A stretch of 64,000 nt of DNA from Patescibacteria group bacterium (GCA_041651015.1 JBAZKA010000001.1:141158-205157); one strand, 5' to 3'; shown: positions 11,167 through 20,357, counted from the first letter of the stretch. Notes: a model not told the origin generated them from the sequence alone. A program made the numbers and translations.

Positions 11167-12579
11167 TCAACATTCCGTTTGGGAAATACTATTCCGGTTA
11201 TAAAATCTTAACCCCGCAAAAACAATTAAAGCCGCTAAAACGCCAGGTACAAATGCCATCGATGGTATTACCAAGAACATGAGAAGTGTCACGGCAAGCC
11301 CAATGACTATACTCCAAAACGAAGCACTTTCATCCTTTTTCTTAAAGAAGAGTCCAGACAATACCGATGGCAGTAAGATCATTAACATGGAAAAAGCGTT
11401 AACCATTGTCTGAACTATGTTAGGAACAGCCAAGGCAAATACTACTGCCAACACAGCGATCGTCGCGCCTGATATTCGCGCAATACGCAACAACTTCCTT
11501 TCATTCTTTTCAATATTTGGCGAAATGACGCAAATAATATCTTTTGAGACAGTCATTCCGGAAATAAGAAGCATGCTGTCCGCGGTAGATGTTATTGCGG
11601 CTAACAATCCCGCAATCGCAATACCTTTTAAACCCGGCATCAAAAAATATGATATTAGTTGAGGCATAGCCGCGTTTGAATCTATTTGCGGGAATAATAA
11701 ATGCGCGGTGATACCCATGACGGTAAAGACTATAAAGAAAGGCAAAATGAGAAAGGCGGATATGGCTATTGAACGACGGGCTGCTTCAGGAGACTTAGCA
11801 GAGTATATTCTCATCCAAATATCGGTTTGCACCAAAGGGACCGGCGTGTAGAACAATAACAGACCGATAATGAAAGGCCATCCACCGATGGCTTCACCCA
11901 TAAGATAAGATGATGACAAAGAAGAAAAATCGGGGAGATTGTGCCCGCCTAAGAAGACCGAACACGGTAAAATTATAATCAAAAGAGCCAGGATAAAAAA
12001 CTGTATATTATCTGCGATTATATCCGTCCGCATTCCGCCGATGAAGGTATACGCTATTAATATAACCAATGCCAACGATAAAGAATAAATATACCCGATA
12101 CCAGTTAACATGCTGCATATTGTAGACAACGCTATCAACTGAGCGGCTAGAAAGAAAAAGTAAACTAAAAGATTCACCGCCGCGCCGGCCAAACGACATC
12201 GGCGAGAAAAAATAGAACCAAGAAAGTCCGGAAGAGAATACATAGAATGCTTTTCGGCCAACACTCTAAGACGGGGAGCAAGAACCGCGACAAGTAGCAG
12301 TCCGGCCGTATTAAACAGACCAAGAAATAACGGGACAAGTCCTCCGATATAAGCCATTGAGGCAATTCCAAAAACCATCCCGGAACCAACACTAGTAGAG
12401 ACGATGGAAAGAGTCAACATTGAGGTGCCGGTTGCACGATCGTTAGACCAATACGTTTTTAAACTTTTTGCACGTATCCAAAAAGATAAAGAACCTAATA
12501 GAGCAATGTATAGTGCGATGAAAAATAAATCTAGTGTAGATAAATAGATTTGCATATCGTTGTTCGTGGCAACTCCCAA
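11167..12579 (-). CDS. sodium:solute symporter family (SSF) transporter
   Basis: 470 aa, ~13 TM helices, SSF-like N-terminal region (…SNDRATGTSMLTLSIVSTSVGSGM…). Confidence 0.7.
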   Translation of the reverse strand: MGVATNNDMQIYLSTLDLFFIALYIALLGSLSFWIRAKSLKTYWSNDRATGTSMLTLSIVSTSVGSGMVFGIASMAYIGGLVPLFLGLFNTAGLLLVAVLAPRLRVLAEKHSMYSLPDFLGSIFSRRCRLAGAAVNLLVYFFFLAAQLIALSTICSMLTGIGYIYSLSLALVILIAYTFIGGMRTDIIADNIQFFILALLIIILPCSVFLGGHNLPDFSSLSSSYLMGEAIGGWPFIIGLLLFYTPVPLVQTDIWMRIYSAKSPEAARRSIAISAFLILPFFIVFTVMGITAHLLFPQIDSNAAMPQLISYFLMPGLKGIAIAGLLAAITSTADSMLLISGMTVSKDIICVISPNIEKNERKLLRIARISGATIAVLAVVFALAVPNIVQTMVNAFSMLMILLPSVLSGLFFKKKDESASFWSIVIGLAVTLLMFLVIPSMAFVPGVLAALIVFAGLRFYNRNSISQTEC

Positions 12580-12662
12580 TTAGATTTTACAAAAACAATT
12601 ATATCATTTCCGCATAGCGGTTGCAAGCGATAGTTCCGTATTTAATGACCCCATCCCGATGG

Positions 12663-12696
12663 TAGAATGAACAAAAAAACCGTCGTCCCAGGTGGG
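12663..12696 (-). terminator. rho-independent terminator of GC-rich cassette
   Basis: On minus strand: ACCGTTGCTCCCACCTGGGACGACGGT hairpin followed by TTTTTTTG. Confidence 0.55.
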
Positions 12697-12724
12697 AGCA
12701 ACGGTCGTCGATTAGAAAGAACGG

Positions 12725-13084
12725 TTATGCCGCTTCGGCCATGATGGCGTCGCGGCAGGTGTTGAGGACAAATTGGCGGGCAAGTCTGCTTTTTTGTGTT
12801 CCCATAGCGACCTCGGCGAACATGCGCCGGAGCGCGTCACTTTCCTCTCTCATGTTGATGCCAGAGAACATTTTGAACCAGTTGGAACCGCCGAGAATCT
12901 CGAATGCCTCCGCGTCAACCCTCGTTGATGTAAATGTTTGCAGAACATCTTCGGCGCCGAAGTTGCGGACGGCTTCCAGCAGTTCATCCTTGAACGCCCA
13001 GAGTAGGAGCGGTGCGCAGAATCCGCCCATGGTCGCGTTGGAGTTTTTCAGGATCGCGAGAAAATTTTTTTCCGTTTGAGTCAT
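12725..13084 (-). CDS. hypothetical protein (GC-rich cassette gene 3)
   Basis: ATG at 13084 preceded by AAAGGAG SD (7-nt spacer). 119 aa, no recognisable domain. Confidence 0.5.
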   Translation of the reverse strand: MTQTEKNFLAILKNSNATMGGFCAPLLLWAFKDELLEAVRNFGAEDVLQTFTSTRVDAEAFEILGGSNWFKMFSGINMREESDALRRMFAEVAMGTQKSRLARQFVLNTCRDAIMAEAA

Positions 13085-13095
13085 TGTTTTCTCCT

Positions 13096-13497
13096 TTATG
13101 CGGCCGCGCTCGGCCGGTTGAGTTCTTGCCATTCTTCCTCTTCAGCCGTTTGGCATAAATTCTTAACGCCTTCCCAAATTTTTCTTATCAGATCACTGTG
13201 CTGTGGCGATGCGTCACTTATATCGCATGCCGCATTGCTTAACACCCGTCTTATCTGATCGGAAAAACTATGTTCCACCAGCTCCCTGGTAAATGAGAAG
13301 ACGATTTCACTCGCCGTGTCAACGTCAATTCGTTTTTGAAAGACATCTTTGACGGTGATGCGGAATGCGCCGTAGGCTGACTGGATCCACTCAGATGGGA
13401 TTCCTCCAGTCACTGTGTATCTCATGCAGTTGAGGTGTCCCTCACTATCATGGCCACTCTCCACTCTGAATTCATAGGCTTCGGCGGCGGACGTCAT
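13096..13497 (-). CDS. hypothetical protein (GC-rich cassette gene 2)
   Basis: ATG at 13497 overlaps the upstream stop (TGATG). 133 aa (MTSAAEAYEFRVESGHDSEG…), no recognisable domain. Confidence 0.45.
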   Translation of the reverse strand: MTSAAEAYEFRVESGHDSEGHLNCMRYTVTGGIPSEWIQSAYGAFRITVKDVFQKRIDVDTASEIVFSFTRELVEHSFSDQIRRVLSNAACDISDASPQHSDLIRKIWEGVKNLCQTAEEEEWQELNRPSAAA

Positions 13498-13889
13498 CAC
13501 GGCACCTCTATGATTGATCGTGGCGGCCAACGAGTGTTTGTTTGGGAAACGCAATCATTTGCGCGGCTGTTGAAGTGGTCATTTACGCGCCTGATTATCG
13601 CCTGTTTGGATTCATCCTCGATTTTTAATCCATTAATGAATTCAACCAGTGGCACGGCGCTATATTCAACCTCGCTTGCAATAGCGTTGCGCCCGGATAT
13701 ATTTATCCTTACCCTTGCCCATCTGGGCGTGTCGCTCGATTGACTAAAATCAAACACGACAAATGCTTGCATTTTGTCCTCCCATATTTGATCGGCAAGA
13801 AATTCCCGCCGATGAATTGAATTTTCAAGTAACAATTTTGTTGCCCTAAACATTGTATTATAAGTAACGGCAACTTTACAATCTATCAT
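13497..13889 (-). CDS. hypothetical protein (GC-rich cassette gene 1)
   Basis: 130 aa; translationally coupled to the downstream gene; no recognisable domain. Confidence 0.4.
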   Translation of the reverse strand: MIDCKVAVTYNTMFRATKLLLENSIHRREFLADQIWEDKMQAFVVFDFSQSSDTPRWARVRINISGRNAIASEVEYSAVPLVEFINGLKIEDESKQAIIRRVNDHFNSRANDCVSQTNTRWPPRSIIEVP

Positions 13890-13969
13890 ATTTTTACCAA
13901 TCTGTCAACCCCCGTCTGTATGAAAAATCGTTTTTATCCCCAAGATAAGCCAAAATATGGCAGGGGGTA

Positions 13970-13998
13970 TTGACAAAATCTTCAAAATATGCTATATT
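13970..13998 (+). promoter_or_regulatory. sigma70-type promoter (TTGACA-17-TATATT)
   Basis: Consensus -35 and near-consensus -10, ~55 nt upstream of the 14055 start. Confidence 0.55.
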
Positions 13999-14054
13999 GA
14001 CTTGTTCCTTATATATACATTATAATCAAAATAAATAATTAAGAATATAATTTT

Positions 14055-16643
14055 ATGAAGAAATTCACCAAATTTTCAGCGATTTTCGCGGCCGTGCTGG
14101 TCGTGCCTCTTTTGATTGGCGTTAATACAGCTTCGGCGGCGATATATAGCACACCGACGCAAAAAACGCCGACGAGCGCACAAACCCTGACGACTTATCC
14201 GCGCAACACCTCATTTACTTGGACGGCTGTATCAGGTGCCGCCAAGTATCAACTGGAAGTGACTTGCGACATCTGCGTCAGTAAGACCAATAAATGGCAA
14301 GGCGCGAAAACCTATGTCGTTTCCGGTACTTCTTATAGCGTTAAATTGCCGGGCGACAACCAATATCGCTGGCGAGTTCGCGCGATTGATTCTTCAAATA
14401 ATCTCGGGCCTTGGACCGGATATTCATATTTTAAATATCGCACCGGTTCCGCAAGCAACCCCACTGTGGCCACTCCGGTGATTTCTTATCCGGTGAATGG
14501 CAAGAGTTATGATTTGTCATACATTAAATATGATTGGTCTGACGTGGCTTCAGCCACCAAATATAATTACATCATTCAAAGATGGAATTCATCCAGCAAA
14601 GTCTGGACAACTGTTGACGAGTCAAACACCTCCGGCTCCACCAGCAATGTGAGTGTGTCTATGTCCGGATATGATGGCGGTCAATTCCGTTTTCGCGTGC
14701 AGGCCGTCACTTCTACCGGCAAGAGCGCGTGGTCTTCTTGGCGATATTTTTATAATAATTACGACGAGGACGACGAGGACGACGAGGACGATGATGACGA
14801 TTCTGATGCCCCGTATATTTCCGCAATTAAAGTATCAGATGGTGGAGACGAGGGATACATTGACGTAAGCGACATCATTGCTATTACTTTTAACGAAGCC
14901 ATTGATCCGGAATCCATCAATGATGATTTGGACGAAGGTGATTATGTCACCGGCGTATCATATTCCAGCACCGGCGGCGTCAGTGTTTCTTCGGCCGGCA
15001 AAGTGACGATTAAAAACATCGCCAGCTTTGACTTGGGTTCGGTCGCTACATCCCGTAACTTTACTGTTAAACTCGCTTTGAGTTCTTCGGGTAAAGTTTT
15101 AACCATCACTCTCACCAGTGGCAGCGACGTGGAAATTACCGACGAAGATTTTAGCAACGCCGTTCAAATTGGCGGTATGGTTGAAGACAAGGACGGAAAT
15201 GAAATGGAATCCGATTCCAGCATCACTGATCCGACCGGAACATTCGGCGGAGAAAACGATGATGACGACAATGATGGCGATGTCCCGAGTATTACCGAAC
15301 CGGATGCCAGTGAAACATTTAATGATGAATCTGTTTATATAAGTTGGACCGGTGTGAGCGATGCTGAATCATACCAGATCTATGTTGAATACAAATCCGG
15401 CACCTCTTGGTATCATGAAGGCACGTATTCCACCACCAATTTGCATTACACCAAAATCTTTGATTACGACAATAATTATCGCCTGAAAGTGCGCGCTGAA
15501 TTATCGGATGGCGATTACTCTGATTACTCGGACATACGATATTTCACGGTTGATACTGATGGTGACGACAATGACGACAATGACGACAATGATACCGACA
15601 CTCCTTATATTACTGCGATTAAAGCCGCCAACGGCGGCGATGAAGAGTATATTGATGTCGGCGACACCATCGCCATAACTTTTAACGAAGCCATTGATCC
15701 GGAATCCATCAATGATGATTTGGACGAAGGTGATTATGTCACCGGCGTATCATATTCCAGCACCGGCGGCGTCAGTGTTTCTTCGGCCGGCAAAGTGACG
15801 ATTAAAAACATCGCCAGCTTTGACTTGGGTTCGGTCGCTACATCCCGTAACTTTACTGTTAAACTCGCTTTGAGTTCTTCGGGTAAAGTTTTAACCATCA
15901 CTCTCACCAGTGGCAGCGACGTGGAAATTACCGACGAAGATTTTAGCAACGCCGTTCAAATTGGCGGTATGGTTGAAGACAAGGACGGAAATGAAATGGA
16001 ATCCGATTCCAGCATCACTGATCCGACCGGAACATTCGGCGGAGAAAACGATGATTCCACTTCCGCTCCGGTCATTGCCAATCCTTATGATGGCGAAACA
16101 TATACTTCCGACTCGGTTTATATGAGTTGGTCATCTGTTTCCGGCGTGGCTTCTTACCAAATGGAAATTCAATATAAATCCGGCTCGGTTTGGTATGACG
16201 AAGGCGATTATTACACTTCCAATCATTATTACACCAAAATATTTACCAGTGATAATGATTATCGTGTGCGCGTGCGCGGCGTGTATTCCGGCAGCACTTA
16301 CACGGATTGGTCCAATTGGCACGAATTCACCGTGGACGAGGATGGCACTTATGATTCATCCACCCCGACCATCGTTGAACCGGATAACGATGAAACATTT
16401 ACTTCTGAAACCGTATACATGGGTTGGACAAGTGTTTCCGGCGCCTCGTCTTATCAAGTAGACATTGATTACAAATCAGGCGGAAGCTGGTATGATGAGG
16501 TTGTCTATTCAACTTCCAACCTTTACTACATTAGAACGTTTGATGATGACAATGATTACCGTATCCATGTTCGCGCCCAATATTCCGGCGGATCCTACGG
16601 CAGTTGGTCCTCTTACAAGGAGTTCACCGTCAACGCCGACTAA
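14055..16643 (+). CDS. secreted/surface repeat protein (signal peptide, FN3-like modules, SbsA-Ig-like domains, acidic linkers)
   Basis: Signal peptide MKKFTKFSAIFAAVLVVPLLIGVNTASAA. Five ~90-aa W/Y-rich beta modules of FN3-like pattern (TW…YQ…Y…Y.Y). Two copies of a ~125-aa domain (ITFNEAIDPESI…) resembling SbsA-type Ig-like domains. Poly-D/E/N linkers. Confidence 0.6.
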   Translation: MKKFTKFSAIFAAVLVVPLLIGVNTASAAIYSTPTQKTPTSAQTLTTYPRNTSFTWTAVSGAAKYQLEVTCDICVSKTNKWQGAKTYVVSGTSYSVKLPGDNQYRWRVRAIDSSNNLGPWTGYSYFKYRTGSASNPTVATPVISYPVNGKSYDLSYIKYDWSDVASATKYNYIIQRWNSSSKVWTTVDESNTSGSTSNVSVSMSGYDGGQFRFRVQAVTSTGKSAWSSWRYFYNNYDEDDEDDEDDDDDSDAPYISAIKVSDGGDEGYIDVSDIIAITFNEAIDPESINDDLDEGDYVTGVSYSSTGGVSVSSAGKVTIKNIASFDLGSVATSRNFTVKLALSSSGKVLTITLTSGSDVEITDEDFSNAVQIGGMVEDKDGNEMESDSSITDPTGTFGGENDDDDNDGDVPSITEPDASETFNDESVYISWTGVSDAESYQIYVEYKSGTSWYHEGTYSTTNLHYTKIFDYDNNYRLKVRAELSDGDYSDYSDIRYFTVDTDGDDNDDNDDNDTDTPYITAIKAANGGDEEYIDVGDTIAITFNEAIDPESINDDLDEGDYVTGVSYSSTGGVSVSSAGKVTIKNIASFDLGSVATSRNFTVKLALSSSGKVLTITLTSGSDVEITDEDFSNAVQIGGMVEDKDGNEMESDSSITDPTGTFGGENDDSTSAPVIANPYDGETYTSDSVYMSWSSVSGVASYQMEIQYKSGSVWYDEGDYYTSNHYYTKIFTSDNDYRVRVRGVYSGSTYTDWSNWHEFTVDEDGTYDSSTPTIVEPDNDETFTSETVYMGWTSVSGASSYQVDIDYKSGGSWYDEVVYSTSNLYYIRTFDDDNDYRIHVRAQYSGGSYGSWSSYKEFTVNAD
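14886..15263 (+). repeat. tandem duplication copy 1 (378 nt, 100% identical to copy 2)
   Basis: Identical to 15678..16055 (offset 792 nt). It lies inside the surface-protein CDS, and the flanks of the 792-nt unit are ~85% identical. Confidence 0.85.
15678..16055 (+). repeat. tandem duplication copy 2
   Basis: See copy 1. The duplicated antisense ORFs 14942..15157 and 15734..15949 in the ORF track are identical as a consequence. Confidence 0.85.
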
Positions 16644-16663
16644 GCAAAAAAACAAAAAACATT

Positions 16664-16690
16664 ACCCGCCAATTAGGCGGGTTTTGTTTT
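16664..16690 (+). terminator. rho-independent terminator
   Basis: ACCCGCC-AATTA-GGCGGGT hairpin followed by TTTTGTTTT. Confidence 0.6.
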
Positions 16691-16717
16691 GACTGGCTTG
16701 GCCTGAAGTGGTAAAAT
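16689..16717 (+). promoter_or_regulatory. sigma70-type promoter (TTGACT-17-TAAAAT)
   Basis: Immediately upstream of the 16724 ATG. Confidence 0.5.
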
Positions 16718-16723
16718 CATTTT

Positions 16724-17050
16724 ATGATTCAAAACAGAATTGACGAGCTAAAAGACCTGTTAAATGAGATAGTTATTTTCGCGCCAAATTTCAAGCGCGA
16801 TATTTTTCAAGATGCTTTGGAATTAGAATTGCCGCGTTTGGACAAACTCATTGCCACCCTGAAGAAAATTTTGATTTATCAAAAAAATGAAATTGAAAAA
16901 AAGATGCTGGCCAATCCGCATTACCTGACGGCTTTGCATAAAAACGTTTCCGAGAAGCGCCGCGCCGCCATTGAATCATCGGTTCAAAATGCGGTGAAGA
17001 AAGATCGTCTTAAAATAAATGAATTGATCAATAAAATAAAAAATATATGA
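16724..17050 (+). CDS. hypothetical coiled-coil protein
   Basis: 108 aa, heptad-rich, K/E-rich. Its stop overlaps the start of the next gene (ATGA). Confidence 0.45.
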   Translation: MIQNRIDELKDLLNEIVIFAPNFKRDIFQDALELELPRLDKLIATLKKILIYQKNEIEKKMLANPHYLTALHKNVSEKRRAAIESSVQNAVKKDRLKINELINKIKNI

Positions 17051-19101
17051 CCAAAGCGCCTGCCGCGGAAAAAATAAAAAACAAATCGGAAGTGGTGCCG
17101 GCGCGTCCGGACACTGAAAGTGTGGCGCGAAATCTTCATGAAGCCGGCCAAACACTGGAAACCGAGCAAACCGAACCGTTGCGCGAGGAAGTGGAAGCCG
17201 AGTCAGTGTCTGAAGCGGCGATTGAACGCGTGATGAATCAAGTCAGTCGCGCCAAATGGATAGAAAATTTTGTTGAATCCGGTGAATTAAAAGACGCAGA
17301 AGCGCGGATGTTGGGATCAATTGTCGCCGAGCGCGGTTGGCAAACGGTTTTTACTGAATTAAAACCCGGCGACAAAATTGTTAATTTCACGACTCCGGGC
17401 GGCGAGATGTCTATTAAAAATTTTAATACTTTGCTCGGCGAACAAGCTAATGATAATATTATCGCCGCGCGCAAACAGATCATCGCGGCCGCTATGAAAG
17501 ATTGCGGTTTGGAACAGCTGATGCAAAGTTATAACAGCGGTTTGTTTAAAATGGCGGACGGCGTGGATTCCGGAAAATTAGAGGTGGCTTTGAACGAGGC
17601 CTCGGCGCAAGTGCGTGATCATATGAAAACCGCGATTGAAAATGAAATTAATAATAAAATAAACAATGACGTTGAAAAAGGAATGGATGAAAGCGAGGCG
17701 CGGAGCAAATTTGACAATATCAAAAATATTTTGGATAACCGCGGCGGATACCGAATTAGTTTCGGCGTTGCCGAAGTGCCGGCGGCAAAATTATCGGCTG
17801 ATTTATCCCATATCGTGGACGCGGTCAGTATGTGCTCACAATCGGCGCAACGCGCTCGCCGTGGTGACGCCAAAAGCGGCCGATTCGGAGAAACCTACGA
17901 AGAAAACAATATTTATTCAGAGGCGGCCGAGATAAATTCAATCGGTGAGAAATTATTCGGCCAATCGGTCACGGATGAAAAAGGGAATGTTTATCGGATT
18001 TTTACCAAAGATATAAATAATAATCGTGTTTTGGATCGTGATCTTTTGCGGGCGGTGCGTAAAAATGAATTCAAACCGGACGACCAATCCCGGGACACGG
18101 TAAATTTGGTTCGTCAATATATTGAACGCGTAAATTTGATTGACGCGGTCATGCCGGTGACGGCCGAGGACGCGGCAAACGGCGAAGTCGCGGCGAACAC
18201 GGCGCGGAGAAAACAATTTATTGAACGGGACGAAAACGGCGCGTGGAAAATTTCGGAAAATTTGACGGCTGAAGAAAGAGAAGAATTAAAAAATGATTTG
18301 CGCCATGATCAAAAAGACGCCAGATTTTTATCGCCGGAATTTTTTCACACCGAAGCCTTAAAAAAGAAAAAATGCGTTTATGTAAATATTGATGTCTTGG
18401 ATTTGGGCGTGGATGCACTGTTGGGTTATGAAAATGATTTGCAAAATATTAACCGCGACCCGAGTAAACTTCATGAAATCTCTTCCCGCGCCAGCGATAC
18501 GATCACCAAACGCATGCGCGATATTCGCGGTTTTGCTTTGGAAGTTTATAAAAAATATTTTGGCGATGAAGAGGTGGTTGGTTTGGTTGGCGGCGATGAA
18601 TTGACTTTTGCCGTGGACAAAGACAAGGTTGACAAAGACACTTTGGAAAATTTTATGGTGGATTTGAAAAACGCCACCGGCGCGCGCGTCATTAAAACCG
18701 AGACTGCGATAGGCGCGGCGATGCGGCAGAGCGAAAATAGTTGGGACTCGGCCGTGTCTTCGGATGACAAGAAACAATTAATAGCCGAACATCAAGCCGC
18801 ACTCAAACGAGCGGAAAAAGGCAGTCAAGTCTGCAAAGCCATAGAAAAAAAATTGCGCGCCGTGGAAATAACCTTGGAAAATAAAATTGGTTTAGCGCCG
18901 GCGGAAGTAAACGATGAATTACGCAGTTTGGAAATTGATCACCTCTTTGGTGCTGTGGCCTTGGAGCGCGACGATGGCGGTTTTCTTCTCTCCTATCGTT
19001 CCGAACGCAATAACGTGATACTGGGTGTGAAACATGAGGATGTTTTATCTCAAATTAATTCCGCCGTGGAAAAAATAAATAAAAAATACGGCCTCGTATA
19101 G
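17047..19101 (+). CDS. hypothetical protein with C-terminal GGDEF-like (nucleotide cyclase palm) domain
   Basis: 684 aa. Residues ~445-600 have GGDEF-family landmarks: NIDVLDLG, VGLVGGDELTFAV (vs RxGGDEF), TAIGAAM (vs SIGVA), LKRAEKGSQ (vs LYxAKxxGRN). This is an eye alignment only. Confidence 0.35.
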   Translation: MTKAPAAEKIKNKSEVVPARPDTESVARNLHEAGQTLETEQTEPLREEVEAESVSEAAIERVMNQVSRAKWIENFVESGELKDAEARMLGSIVAERGWQTVFTELKPGDKIVNFTTPGGEMSIKNFNTLLGEQANDNIIAARKQIIAAAMKDCGLEQLMQSYNSGLFKMADGVDSGKLEVALNEASAQVRDHMKTAIENEINNKINNDVEKGMDESEARSKFDNIKNILDNRGGYRISFGVAEVPAAKLSADLSHIVDAVSMCSQSAQRARRGDAKSGRFGETYEENNIYSEAAEINSIGEKLFGQSVTDEKGNVYRIFTKDINNNRVLDRDLLRAVRKNEFKPDDQSRDTVNLVRQYIERVNLIDAVMPVTAEDAANGEVAANTARRKQFIERDENGAWKISENLTAEEREELKNDLRHDQKDARFLSPEFFHTEALKKKKCVYVNIDVLDLGVDALLGYENDLQNINRDPSKLHEISSRASDTITKRMRDIRGFALEVYKKYFGDEEVVGLVGGDELTFAVDKDKVDKDTLENFMVDLKNATGARVIKTETAIGAAMRQSENSWDSAVSSDDKKQLIAEHQAALKRAEKGSQVCKAIEKKLRAVEITLENKIGLAPAEVNDELRSLEIDHLFGAVALERDDGGFLLSYRSERNNVILGVKHEDVLSQINSAVEKINKKYGLV

Positions 19102-19106
19102 ATTTT

Positions 19107-20357
19107 ATGAGCGAAACTGAAAATAAAAAATATGCTCCGCTGGCGGACAGAATGCGACCGCGTGATTTTGAAGAATTTTTTGGGCAAGAAGACATCGTTG
19201 GCGAAGGAAAACTTTTGCGCCGCTTGATTAATGCGGATGAGTTGTCATCAATTATTTTTTGGGGACCGCCGGGTACGGGCAAGACCACTCTCGCCAAAAT
19301 AATTGCGCAAAAAACCAAGTCGCAGTTTATGGAAATCTCCGCCGTGATGAGTGGTAAAGATGAGTTGCGCAAGGCGGTGGCCGCGGCCGAGGAATTATTA
19401 CTATCCGGCCGGCGTACTGTCTTGTTTATTGATGAAATTCATCGCTGGAACAAAGCTCAACAAGACGCGCTTTTGCCCTATGTGGAAAAGGGGACGGTGA
19501 TTCTTATCGGCGCGACTACCGAGAATCCCTCGTTTGAAATTATTGGCGCCTTAATGTCGCGTTCGCGAGTTTTTGTCTTAAAATTATTGGATGAAAAAAA
19601 TATAGCCGATATAATCAAACAAGCTTTGGCTGACAAAGACAGGGGATTGGGTCATCTAAAGATTCAAATTTCCGATGATGATATTGCCTTGCTCGCGAGT
19701 TTGTCCGGCGGAGACGCGCGCGCGGCGCTCAACGGTTTGGAAGTTGCGGCTGTGTCATTGCGAGGAGCGACAAAGGAGCGACGCGGCAATCCCTCGGAAA
19801 TTAAGATAACTGCAGAAAATATTAAAGAAGCCCTGCAAAAAACTCATTTGATTTTTGATAAACGAGGTGAGGAGTTTTATAATCTTATTTCCGCTCTGCA
19901 TAAATCCATGCGCGGTTCGGACGCTGATGCGGCTCTGTATTGGACAGCTCGGATGTTGGAGGGTGGGGCCGACCCGCTTTATGTTGCTCGGCGCGTTTTG
20001 CGTTTCGCGAGTGAAGATATCGGTATGGCCAATGGCGAGGCCTTGATACAAGCCAATGCCGCTTATGACGCTTGCCACAAAATCGGCTATCCGGAATGCA
20101 CGGTTCATTTGGCGCAAGCCGTGGTTTATTGCGCCAAATCAAAAAAATCCAATTTACTTTATACTGCGTATTCGGCCGCGGCCTCCGATGCCCGGGCCAC
20201 CTCGCACTTGGGAGTGCCTTTACATTTGCGAAACGCCTCGACAAATTTTATGAAGGATATCGGTTATGGAAAAGATTACAAATATAATCCGAATTTTGAC
20301 GGACCTGTGGAACAAGATTATTTGCCGGATGAATTAAAGGGAAAAAAATATTTATGA
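19107..20357 (+). CDS. rarA: replication-associated recombination protein A (AAA+ ATPase)
   Basis: GPPGTGKTTLA Walker A, DEIHRWNKAQQD Walker B/sensor, MgsA C-terminal region. Confidence 0.8.
   Translation: MSETENKKYAPLADRMRPRDFEEFFGQEDIVGEGKLLRRLINADELSSIIFWGPPGTGKTTLAKIIAQKTKSQFMEISAVMSGKDELRKAVAAAEELLLSGRRTVLFIDEIHRWNKAQQDALLPYVEKGTVILIGATTENPSFEIIGALMSRSRVFVLKLLDEKNIADIIKQALADKDRGLGHLKIQISDDDIALLASLSGGDARAALNGLEVAAVSLRGATKERRGNPSEIKITAENIKEALQKTHLIFDKRGEEFYNLISALHKSMRGSDADAALYWTARMLEGGADPLYVARRVLRFASEDIGMANGEALIQANAAYDACHKIGYPECTVHLAQAVVYCAKSKKSNLLYTAYSAAASDARATSHLGVPLHLRNASTNFMKDIGYGKDYKYNPNFDGPVEQDYLPDELKGKKYL

Noticed and set aside
11082-11282. 66-aa ORF starting in the tRNA terminator hairpin
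   Set aside because: Starts inside a terminator stem and overlaps the convergent symporter gene 3' end.
12741-13079. 112-aa plus-strand ORF opposite the GC-rich cassette
   Set aside because: High local GC inflates antisense ORF length; the minus-strand genes have SD and overlap coupling, this one has neither.
14700-15610. Short tandem nucleotide repeats (GACGAG…, GACAATGAC…) considered as CRISPR/minisatellite
   Set aside because: They are in-frame codon repeats encoding acidic linkers. No repeat-spacer architecture is present.
14942-15949. Two identical 71-aa minus-strand ORFs (14942..15157, 15734..15949) and similar plus-frame ORFs
   Set aside because: They are by-products of the 792-nt tandem duplication inside the surface-protein gene, not independent genes.
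18358-18777. 139-aa minus-strand ORF inside the 684-aa gene
   Set aside because: Antisense to a long intact ORF with operon context; no promoter/SD.
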